A DNA stretch of 64,000 nt, taken from contig UQBY01000006.1 of NCBI GenBank assembly GCA_900539375.1, forward strand, positions 47,722-111,721, given 5' to 3'. The notes beneath the pieces are model-generated. The model was not told the DNA's origin, did no database searches, and was given only the letters and a program-made list of their open reading frames with translations. Positions 47,927 through 55,651 of this stretch are shown here, in pieces. The translations under genes were made by a program, and so were the position numbers. Source of the DNA: an uncultured Clostridium sp. (lineage in GTDB: Bacteria; Bacillota; Clostridia; Clostridiales; Clostridiaceae). Within the stretch, counting starts at the first letter, position 1; each line of letters begins with the position of its first letter.

Positions 47927-48877
47927 TTAAATTTTTTTTAATTTTTCTTCCTTAAAAAGTACAAATATAACCTTAAATAATGCTGCTTGATTAAAATCTC
48001 TAATATCAAAACCTGTATATTTTTCTACTTTGTCTAGTCTGTATATAAGAGTGTTTCTGTGAATATATAACTCCTTTGCACCCTCGCTTAAATTCAAACC
48101 ACAATTAAAAAATACTTCTATTGTCTTTATCATTTCGTTATCAAGTCTAATGAACCCATCATAAAATCTATTTATAAGTTCTTTTTTCTTATAATCATTT
48201 ATATTATCAACCATTTCTTCAAATATAAGATCATTTTCCCCTAATATATTAACTGAAATATTAAACTTTTTAACTAAGTCTATTTTTTTTATAGAACTTT
48301 TTAAGGCACTTCCTAAATTAGAATACCTATCTATATTGCAGTAACTTATAATTATCTTTCCACCTATATCTGATGTTATTGTTTCAAAAAGACTTTCTGC
48401 ATGGTCATATATATCATCTAAAATTCCCAACACCAAAATTTTTCCTTCATATTCCATAACAACATTTCCATCTTGGCTATAACCATTTTGAACAATTGAA
48501 AAAACTTCCTCAAAGCTTTTTTCTGTATAAATATAAAGCATTTGAAATTCCTTCATAAGAAATGGATAGACTTTACTTAGTTCATCTTCTTCAATATTTT
48601 TTCCATCTATAACTTCTAAAATAATATTATATTTTCTATCATTTAATTTTTTAATATTTGTTTTTATATAACTAGATAAAAGTGGTAAAACTCGTTCATC
48701 CTCTTTTGCTACTTCTACTATAAAATCTTCATTAGCTATTTTTAATGTAGCTTGAACCAAACCATCTTTTGGACAAAAATTTGGAGATGCATAAATGTCT
48801 CCTACTAATTTTTTTAACTTAAAAGGAATTTTAGATGTTTCCTCAATTTCCTTCATAAGTTTAAATAGCATCTTCAT
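47927..48877 (-). CDS. PucR/CdaR-type transcriptional regulator (C-terminal HTH_30)
   Basis: ORF track 47927..48892. I moved the start to the ATG (MKMLFKL). C-terminus LSEGAKELYIHRNTLIYRLDKVEKYTGFDIRDFNQA is the typical PucR C-terminal HTH. Confidence 0.75.
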   Translation of the reverse strand: MKMLFKLMKEIEETSKIPFKLKKLVGDIYASPNFCPKDGLVQATLKIANEDFIVEVAKEDERVLPLLSSYIKTNIKKLNDRKYNIILEVIDGKNIEEDELSKVYPFLMKEFQMLYIYTEKSFEEVFSIVQNGYSQDGNVVMEYEGKILVLGILDDIYDHAESLFETITSDIGGKIIISYCNIDRYSNLGSALKSSIKKIDLVKKFNISVNILGENDLIFEEMVDNINDYKKKELINRFYDGFIRLDNEMIKTIEVFFNCGLNLSEGAKELYIHRNTLIYRLDKVEKYTGFDIRDFNQAALFKVIFVLFKEEKLKKI

Positions 48878-48905
48878 ATACACACCTCTCAAATAAATTT
48901 TAAAA

Positions 48906-50015
48906 TTATGCTAATCTTACTTCTGTTTCTTTATCAAATACATGAATCTTAGTTGGGTCCATGTGAACTCTTGCTTTTTGTCCAACCTTTAATTCAGTTG
49001 TTCCATTAACTCTAATAGTTATATTGCTTCCTGCATTTTTAGTGTATATATAACTTTCAGCACCCATTAATTCAACAACTTCTACTCTTACTCCAATTAC
49101 TTCTTCTGGTCTTTCATCTATTAATTCTTCATCATCACTTAAATGTTCTGGTCTAATACCAAATGTTACAACCTTGTCCTTTAATAAAGCTTCATTTAAT
49201 TTCTTTGCCTTTTCTTCTGGTAAAAGAATCTTTTCTCCATCAAAAGTAGCATAAACCTTTCCATCTTCAAAAGATAATTTACCATCTATAAAGTTCATTT
49301 GAGGACTTCCTATAAAGCTTGCAACGAACTTATTTGCTGGATAGTTGTAAATATTTTGTGGAGTATCAACTTGTTGTACAATACCAGCCTTCATAACAAC
49401 TATTCTTGTACCCATTGTCATAGCTTCTGTTTGGTCATGTGTTACATAGATAAATGTAGTTTGTAATTTATGATGTAACTTAGATATTTCTGTTCTCATT
49501 TGAACTCTTAACTTAGCATCTAAGTTTGATAAAGGTTCGTCCATTAAGAATACCTTAGCATCTCTTACTATAGCTCTTCCTAAAGCAACTCTTTGTCTTT
49601 GACCTCCTGATAAAGCCTTTGGCTTTCTGTCTAATAAATGTTCTATTTCAAGAGCTCTAGCTGCTTCTGTAACTTTCTTTTCTATTTCTGCCTTTGGAAC
49701 TTTTCTTAACTTTAATGCAAATGCCATGTTATCAAATACTGACATATGTGGGTATAACGCATAACTTTGGAAAACCATTGCTATATCTCTGTTTTTTGGT
49801 TCTACATCGTTTACTAATTTATCCCCTATATATAATTCACCTTTTGAAATTGTTTCCAATCCTGCTATCATTCTTAATGTAGTTGACTTACCACATCCAG
49901 ATGGTCCTACAAATACTATAAATTCCTTATCTGCTATTTCTAAGTTAAAATCCTTTACTGCACATACATCTCCTGGATATATTTTATAAATTCCTCTTAA
50001 TGAAAGACTTGCCAT
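48906..50015 (-). CDS. Sugar ABC transporter ATP-binding protein (MsmX/MsmK/MalK-like)
   Basis: GPSGCGKSTTLRMIAGLE, LSGGQRQRVALGRA, FLMDEPLSNLDA and a C-terminal TOBE-like regulatory domain. Confidence 0.92.
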   Translation of the reverse strand: MASLSLRGIYKIYPGDVCAVKDFNLEIADKEFIVFVGPSGCGKSTTLRMIAGLETISKGELYIGDKLVNDVEPKNRDIAMVFQSYALYPHMSVFDNMAFALKLRKVPKAEIEKKVTEAARALEIEHLLDRKPKALSGGQRQRVALGRAIVRDAKVFLMDEPLSNLDAKLRVQMRTEISKLHHKLQTTFIYVTHDQTEAMTMGTRIVVMKAGIVQQVDTPQNIYNYPANKFVASFIGSPQMNFIDGKLSFEDGKVYATFDGEKILLPEEKAKKLNEALLKDKVVTFGIRPEHLSDDEELIDERPEEVIGVRVEVVELMGAESYIYTKNAGSNITIRVNGTTELKVGQKARVHMDPTKIHVFDKETEVRLA

Positions 50016-50192
50016 GTTTAATTTCCTCCTTAATCTTTACCTTTAAAATTCTTTAATCTTTATTGCCATGATATTATTATACCTCTTGATATGGTTTACA
50101 GCCATTGATAAACATTACAAATAATACTTTACTTTTTTGTGAAAACCTCTAAAAAATTAGGATATATTTGCTATAAAAATAAACTTTTATCT

Positions 50193-50957
50193 TTATGCTC
50201 TCATTGCATCTATAGTTTCAAGACTTAATCCTGTTCCCTTTATAATTATTTCTATTGGCACATTCATACATAATAAATTTCTTACTATTATATTAACTCC
50301 ACTATTATCAATAAACCTTCCTATTTCTTCTATAGAAAGACCAGATGCTTCTGATATTAATTCTATAGATACATTCATTTTTAAAAGATTTCTTATTATT
50401 TCTCCAACTTTTCCTTGTTCAACTTCCACCTCATTAAGTTTTTCAGAATTTATTATAATGTCAGCAACTCTTTTAAGTTTTAATCCTGTAACTTGAACAA
50501 TACTTTCAATAGAAAAGTCAAGTTCCCACATTTTCCTTACTATAGATGAAAAGATTTCATTTTCTCTAATATTTATTAATCTGTTAATAGGCATATCTAC
50601 TGCTTTTGATATATCTTCTATTGGCATATTAGTACTTATTAAATCACTTACTACCCTTTTATATTTTGAAGTAATTTTATCTTCTTCAGGTATAGGTTCA
50701 AATTTGTTTTCTTCTTTTTGTGAAAATTTTTCATTTCTTATAACTTGAAATCCATCTTTTTTATCATTTTCAATAGGCTTTTCACTAACAGCAATAACTT
50801 CTTCCTTCTTTATTTCATTTTCACAAACTTTTTCTTCTTTAATAATATCCTTCTCTATGTTTTTATTGGTTATTTTATTTTTTTTATCTTTAACAAAAGG
50901 ACTTAAAATTTTATTCTTTAATTTTATTAATTTTCTATTAACTTGTCTTTTTTTCAC
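50193..50957 (-). CDS. Soluble protein: K/E-rich N-terminus plus 4 tandem ~35-40-aa HTH-like modules (same module as the C-terminus of 51831..54074)
   Basis: The modules are ...LISTNMPIEDISKAVDMPINRLINI, MWELDFSIESIVQVTGLKLKRVADI, IIRNLLKMNVSIELISEASGLSIEEIGRFI and IVRNLLCMNVPIEIIIKGTGLSLETIDAM. There is no TM helix or signal peptide. Confidence 0.6.
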   Translation of the reverse strand: MKKRQVNRKLIKLKNKILSPFVKDKKNKITNKNIEKDIIKEEKVCENEIKKEEVIAVSEKPIENDKKDGFQVIRNEKFSQKEENKFEPIPEEDKITSKYKRVVSDLISTNMPIEDISKAVDMPINRLINIRENEIFSSIVRKMWELDFSIESIVQVTGLKLKRVADIIINSEKLNEVEVEQGKVGEIIRNLLKMNVSIELISEASGLSIEEIGRFIDNSGVNIIVRNLLCMNVPIEIIIKGTGLSLETIDAMRA

Positions 50958-51008
50958 AATATATGTCCCCCCTAAAGTACAATAGAAATTTTCTTTAGTT
51001 ATTTTACC

Positions 51009-51725
51009 CTAGCCTCTCTTTATATAGTATTTTCTAACCATAATAACCATTGCTTCCATAGATATTACCATTACTACTGCTAAAATTAATGCTTGTGTAT
51101 ATATTGGGTCTTCTGTTCTTACTATTTCTTTATCATTAGCATTAGATGATTTTTTATTTGTTGTATTTTTATTTTCTTTTTCATACTCTTCTTTACTTAA
51201 AGTTGATTTATATACTTTAGGATTAAATATATATGTATATCTTTCAACTATTCCATCTTTATTTGTGTCTTCTTCCCCTTCTACTGAAATGCTCATTTTA
51301 AAACTTACATATGTATTTAATCTTAAATAGACGTTTTTTACTCTAAGCTTTAACCCTTTTAGTTCACTTAATTTTCCTGAAAAAATATGAACCTTTCCAT
51401 ATTCCTTATCATCCATAACTATTTTTACATTATAATTACTAATAATACCCTTTTCTATAGCTTCTTCTAAGGTATAATTTTCTCCAAAACTTGTATTTTT
51501 TATATAACTGTCATCAAACTCAATATAATCTACATATCCCTCTTCATTCCATGTATTGTTTATTGTAAATTCATGGTCTTTCCCATTTATAGGACACCAA
51601 AACTCTTCCCCACCAAGGTCTTTGTCTTCGTCAGCCATAACATTTATATAAGGAATACTTATAAGAGAACTTATTAATGCAAGACATAGGAAAAAAATCA
51701 CACCTATATATCCTATTTTTTTCAT
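51009..51725 (-). CDS. Secreted protein of unknown function with a C-terminal sorting-like signal (VRTEDP + TM + basic tail); paralogue of 63211..64000
   Basis: ORF track 51009..51746. I moved the start to the ATG (MKKIGYIGVIFF...) after GGAGGAG. It has a signal peptide. The shared core is SYIKNTSFGENYTLEEAIEKGIISNYNVKIV. The C-terminus is IVRTEDPIYTQALILAVVMVISMEAMVIMVRKYYIKRG. Confidence 0.6.
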   Translation of the reverse strand: MKKIGYIGVIFFLCLALISSLISIPYINVMADEDKDLGGEEFWCPINGKDHEFTINNTWNEEGYVDYIEFDDSYIKNTSFGENYTLEEAIEKGIISNYNVKIVMDDKEYGKVHIFSGKLSELKGLKLRVKNVYLRLNTYVSFKMSISVEGEEDTNKDGIVERYTYIFNPKVYKSTLSKEEYEKENKNTTNKKSSNANDKEIVRTEDPIYTQALILAVVMVISMEAMVIMVRKYYIKRG

Positions 51726-51788
51726 AAAAACTCCTCCATTACCCATTAATATTCTTTATTATAACATATGACCTTCTTATAATAAATT

Positions 51789-51826
51789 CAAAAAAAATGT
51801 GCAAACATTATGTTTGCACATTTTTT
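51789..51826. terminator. Strong hairpin terminator after the SipW-fusion gene
   Basis: atgtgcaaaca / tgtttgcacat stem flanked by an A-run and a T-run. Confidence 0.8.
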
Positions 51827-51830
51827 ATAG

Positions 51831-54074
51831 CTATTTTATAGCTCCAAAGTCTATAGATATAACATCTGTCTTCTTTAATGGTTCTATTTCTATAACAGAT
51901 ATAACATCCATTGGTAAATTTACAATTTCTGAAACTTCTTCTTGTGCCAATCCCATTTGTAATAAATTTTTTGCTATTTGAATTATGTCATCATTTCCTT
52001 TAAGCTTCATAATTCTGCTTATGGCTAATCCTGTTGCTTCTGCAATATACTTAGAAGATATTTTCATATCTATTAAATTCTTTGCTATAGCTTCCATTTC
52101 TATATCTTCTTTAACTGTTCTAATTTCCTCTAAAGTTAAACCAGTTGCTTTTATTATATTTGCCATTGGCATTTGCATAGTTAATAAGTTTCTAACTACA
52201 TCTGCCACTGTATTTTCTTCATAGTCTTCATAATTTACTGGTTCTTCTGAAACATAAGCTTTAACTTCTCCAACTGTTAATGCAGTAGCATGAGCTATAT
52301 CCTCATATGCCATTCCCATAGAATATAAATTCTTAGCTATTGAAATAACTCTATATTGTTCTTTTATTCTTTCAACTCTTGTTACCTTTAATCCAGTTGC
52401 TTTTGCTATTTTTTCTAATGACATATTAGCATCTATAAGTTTTCTAGCTATACTTAATATTCTTTCATCTTCCCAATTTTCATCAAAAGAAACTGACTTT
52501 TCTTCAGACATTATTTCATTTAATCTTTCTTCACTTAATCCAGTTGCAAGTTTTACTTCATCCATTGCCATATTCATGTCTAGTAAATTCTTTGCTATAG
52601 TTACAACTCTATCTGCATCTTTAAGTCTATTTACTTTTTCTAATGCAATTCCTGTAGCCTTTACAATATCTTCTGAAGTAATATTTATTCCTGCTAAAGT
52701 TCTTATAAGTTTTAACGTTCTATCACTTTTAGGCTTTGAAGGTTTCTTCTTTTCTTCTACCTTTGGTGCTTCAAAAGGATTCATTCCTTGATTAATATCT
52801 TGTTGATTTTGTTGTACATACCCCTTTGAATTTTGATACATAAACTCATTTTGTTGTTGATTTGGTTGTACATTTTGTTGCATATATTCATTTGTTTGTC
52901 CATAACCATTTTGTTGGAAATTTGGTTGTTGTATATTCTGTTGACTATAACCATTTGGTTGTTGTATATTTTGTTGACCATAGCCATTTTGTTGAAAATT
53001 AACATCTTGTCCAACATAAGCATTTGGCTGTTGCACATATCCATTTTGAACAAATCCGTTTTGCATTTGCATTCCTTGAACTGCTGCCATATTGTTTTGA
53101 AGATTTGGCATATTTTCACTTACCTTTGATGTCTTTACAATATTTTTATTTTCTTCTAAAGCATCTTCAAGCTTTTTATTCATATCTTCAATTTCTTTCT
53201 TTCTTGCTTCATCTAAAAGCTTTTGAGCATCTAAAATTTTCTTTTTTTCCTCTCTAAGCTTAGTAAGTTCTGCAATTAAATCTATTCTATCATCTTCATT
53301 ATCATCTATAATAGGTTCTGTTACTTTTGCAAACTTTTTCTCTTCATGAATAGTAGCTTTTTCTTTAGGAACTTCTGCTTCATTTTTCACTAAGTTTTGA
53401 GAAACTTTTTCTTCTTCCACTATATCTTCTTTTGGCTCTTTCTTAATTAAATTTAAATTACCAATAGGAAGTTTTTTCTTCTTAGGCTTTTCCTCTACAG
53501 TAGGCTTTTTATACTGCATTTCTTCTTCTTCTTCTTCATTTCTATCCTTTTTAGGTTCAGTTATCTCCCAGAATATAACTGCTAATATAAGACCAACTAT
53601 TAATATAATACCTGTTGTTGATGATAAAAACTTCATTACCCAACCTAATTTAGGAATTGTAAGAATATGCTTACCTATAATATCATCCTTTGTTATAGGG
53701 TCATCTGCATTAGTATTACTTGAAGAAATACCTTGAGTAATAACTTGGTCTCCATCAATACTTATAATTTGGTGAGTAACCCTTTCCTTATCACCTGAAT
53801 CTGTTGTACGAACATAGGTAACAACATCTCCAACCTTATAACTATCTCTATTCTTTTTAATTACTGTAATATAATCTCCTGGTTTAATCTCTGGTTCCAT
53901 TGACCCAGTTAATACTACTTCATTCATATAGTGAGATATACTATAAATAGTCGAATTATTTGCTGCAAGATTACCTATTAAAACATAGCCTAAAACTATA
54001 CAAATTAAAATAAAGCCAACATTTTTTACTATAGCCATTGTATTTTTTGAGTCTTTACTTTTTACTCTTGCCAT
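51831..54074 (-). CDS. SipW-type (S26B, archaeal/ER-type) signal peptidase I fused to a ~570-aa extension: charged/coiled region, Q/N-rich low-complexity segment, 7 HTH-like modules
   Basis: 747 aa. TM1, then VVLTGSMEPEIKPGDYITV (Ser motif), ERVTHQII (His motif), ITQG...NADDP and TM2 (GIILIVGLILAVIFWEI). These are followed by EEEEEE/KKKK, REEKKKILDAQKLLDEARKKEIEDMNKKLEDALEE and QNGYGQQNIQQPNGYSQQNIQQPNFQQNGYGQ. Last come seven IAKNLLxMxMxxExIxxATGLxxExI modules. Confidence 0.8.
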   Translation of the reverse strand: MARVKSKDSKNTMAIVKNVGFILICIVLGYVLIGNLAANNSTIYSISHYMNEVVLTGSMEPEIKPGDYITVIKKNRDSYKVGDVVTYVRTTDSGDKERVTHQIISIDGDQVITQGISSSNTNADDPITKDDIIGKHILTIPKLGWVMKFLSSTTGIILIVGLILAVIFWEITEPKKDRNEEEEEEMQYKKPTVEEKPKKKKLPIGNLNLIKKEPKEDIVEEEKVSQNLVKNEAEVPKEKATIHEEKKFAKVTEPIIDDNEDDRIDLIAELTKLREEKKKILDAQKLLDEARKKEIEDMNKKLEDALEENKNIVKTSKVSENMPNLQNNMAAVQGMQMQNGFVQNGYVQQPNAYVGQDVNFQQNGYGQQNIQQPNGYSQQNIQQPNFQQNGYGQTNEYMQQNVQPNQQQNEFMYQNSKGYVQQNQQDINQGMNPFEAPKVEEKKKPSKPKSDRTLKLIRTLAGINITSEDIVKATGIALEKVNRLKDADRVVTIAKNLLDMNMAMDEVKLATGLSEERLNEIMSEEKSVSFDENWEDERILSIARKLIDANMSLEKIAKATGLKVTRVERIKEQYRVISIAKNLYSMGMAYEDIAHATALTVGEVKAYVSEEPVNYEDYEENTVADVVRNLLTMQMPMANIIKATGLTLEEIRTVKEDIEMEAIAKNLIDMKISSKYIAEATGLAISRIMKLKGNDDIIQIAKNLLQMGLAQEEVSEIVNLPMDVISVIEIEPLKKTDVISIDFGAIK

Positions 54075-54238
54075 GTTTTCTTTCCCCCCTTTTATAATAT
54101 GTTTCCATTATATCACATATTTTCATAGGAATGAATACGTTTCGACTTTTTTTTAGGATTTATTTTGAAAATTTTGTTTCATTTCTTACATTTATGCTAT
54201 TTAATATTTTATTATCCTTATAGTTTCACCTTTAATTA

Positions 54239-55621
54239 TTATGGTATTACATCACTAAAAGTAATATTGTCAATATATATATTCCCCTTTGCCCAATATC
54301 CTATCCATATACAAGTTATAGAATTAAAATCAAAATTTTCTGGTTTCCATATTCCATTTTCCTTAGTTGTGTTTTTTTGAAGATTTAATAAATCCACACA
54401 AATAGTTTTCCATTTTCCACTTTCTATTTTATTATCATACTTAAAAGAATCTGCTGTAAAATTTTCACACCATCCCGCTATTTGATTTCCCTTTGAATCT
54501 CTTAAAGCAACAAAGGGTGAACCTTCTACCCCTTCACTTTCATTAAATATATCAAAAATTAAATACTTATCTATATAAGAAGATAAATTTAAAACTTCCC
54601 CATTATCATACATTATCTTTGTTCTAAAATCTTCAGGCTTATCTTTATAAGAATTTTTTAAATCTACATTTAAAACTACTTTATGATTATCATTAATCAT
54701 AACCCCATCTTTAATAAAATCAAAGCTATTTCCTTCAATACATTCTATTTTGCTATCATCATTCCAAGAATTATAAAGAGTTCCTTGGTAGATTTGTTTA
54801 TTATCTTCTTTAATATCCTCTTTATTTTCTTCTTCATCTTTTACTGTATCAGATGAAACACTAACACTACTTTCACTAGAAGTTTCATTATTTACTAAAG
54901 TTTCAGTTGAAACCCTAACCTTATTTCCTGCAATATTTTCTAAATTTATAAATCTATTATAAACAAAAATTCCTGCTGCTAAAATAATTCCTACTACTAC
55001 AACAAAATTTATTATAGATAGTATATTCCCTGTTTTTTTAATAGGATCGTTTTTATAATTTTTAAGAACACCTTTAGGATATGAATTAATCATTATTACA
55101 ATAGAAATAAGCATAAAAATTAAAGATACCCCTAAAAATATTAATCCAGTTTTTAACCCTTTGAAAAAGGATAGATAAGTAATACTCATCATTATAATTC
55201 CTGGCAATATTGTTATAGTATTAAAGGTGGTTTTCTTTCTTTTATTCATATTATTTGTAACTACTCTATCATAAATTCTCCATATAATAACTATAGTTAA
55301 AACTGCTGCTGAAATTATATAGGTTATTTCTAAATTCATAATATCAAACTTATAATCATATAAAAAACTTGATATAGTAATACTTACTAATATAAAAGTA
55401 ATCATAAACCTAAGCATATCTACAATATTAAGCTTTCTATGTCTCATATTTTTTCCAATAATAAAATGCTTTATAATTAAAAACATTATAGAAGCTATTG
55501 ATAAAATTAAAAAAGCTATAGAAAAATAATTAACCCCATCTTTAAACATATAAAAGCCAATTCCAGAAGCTCCACTTATAATTAAAAACATAATTAATAA
55601 TACAATCACCTGAAATACCAT
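54239..55621 (-). CDS. Polytopic membrane protein (repeated 2-TM modules related to 61490..63211) with an extracellular C-terminal beta-sandwich/CBM-like domain
   Basis: 460 aa. KKTTFNTITILPGIIMMSITYLSFFKGLKTGLIFLGVSLIFMLISIVIM aligns with the KTTFNQKMIILLSTIIMVSLTCGGFLKNLKAGIVFLIISMLF module of the 573-aa protein. The C-terminal ~200 aa end ...IWIGYWAKGNIYIDNITFSDVIP. Confidence 0.55.
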   Translation of the reverse strand: MVFQVIVLLIMFLIISGASGIGFYMFKDGVNYFSIAFLILSIASIMFLIIKHFIIGKNMRHRKLNIVDMLRFMITFILVSITISSFLYDYKFDIMNLEITYIISAAVLTIVIIWRIYDRVVTNNMNKRKKTTFNTITILPGIIMMSITYLSFFKGLKTGLIFLGVSLIFMLISIVIMINSYPKGVLKNYKNDPIKKTGNILSIINFVVVVGIILAAGIFVYNRFINLENIAGNKVRVSTETLVNNETSSESSVSVSSDTVKDEEENKEDIKEDNKQIYQGTLYNSWNDDSKIECIEGNSFDFIKDGVMINDNHKVVLNVDLKNSYKDKPEDFRTKIMYDNGEVLNLSSYIDKYLIFDIFNESEGVEGSPFVALRDSKGNQIAGWCENFTADSFKYDNKIESGKWKTICVDLLNLQKNTTKENGIWKPENFDFNSITCIWIGYWAKGNIYIDNITFSDVIP

Positions 55622-55651
55622 AAAAATCCCCTTTACTTCAAAACAAAATAT

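Noticed and set aside
51009-51131. Canonical LPXTG sortase signals at the C-termini of the two paralogues (and of the big surface proteins).
   Set aside because: The motifs are PVKTGD and VRTEDP, not LPXTG, SPXTG or NPQTN. The amylases and the 1167-aa protein have no C-terminal TM or basic tail at all. I therefore kept this only as a 'sorting-like' observation.
52781-53257. Three overlapping ORFs (52781..53119 minus, 52833..53129 plus, 53024..53257 plus) in the Q/N-rich region.
   Set aside because: They are alternative-frame artefacts of a repetitive CAA/AAT/GGT-rich coding segment. The long frame of the 747-aa protein is continuous through the region.
50193-54074. Possible transposase or mobile element, because the ~37-aa modules resemble the C-terminal motif of Rpn/YhgA-type PD-(D/E)XK 'transposases'.
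   Set aside because: No nuclease or transposase catalytic domain, terminal inverted repeats or target duplications are present. Only the short helical module is shared.
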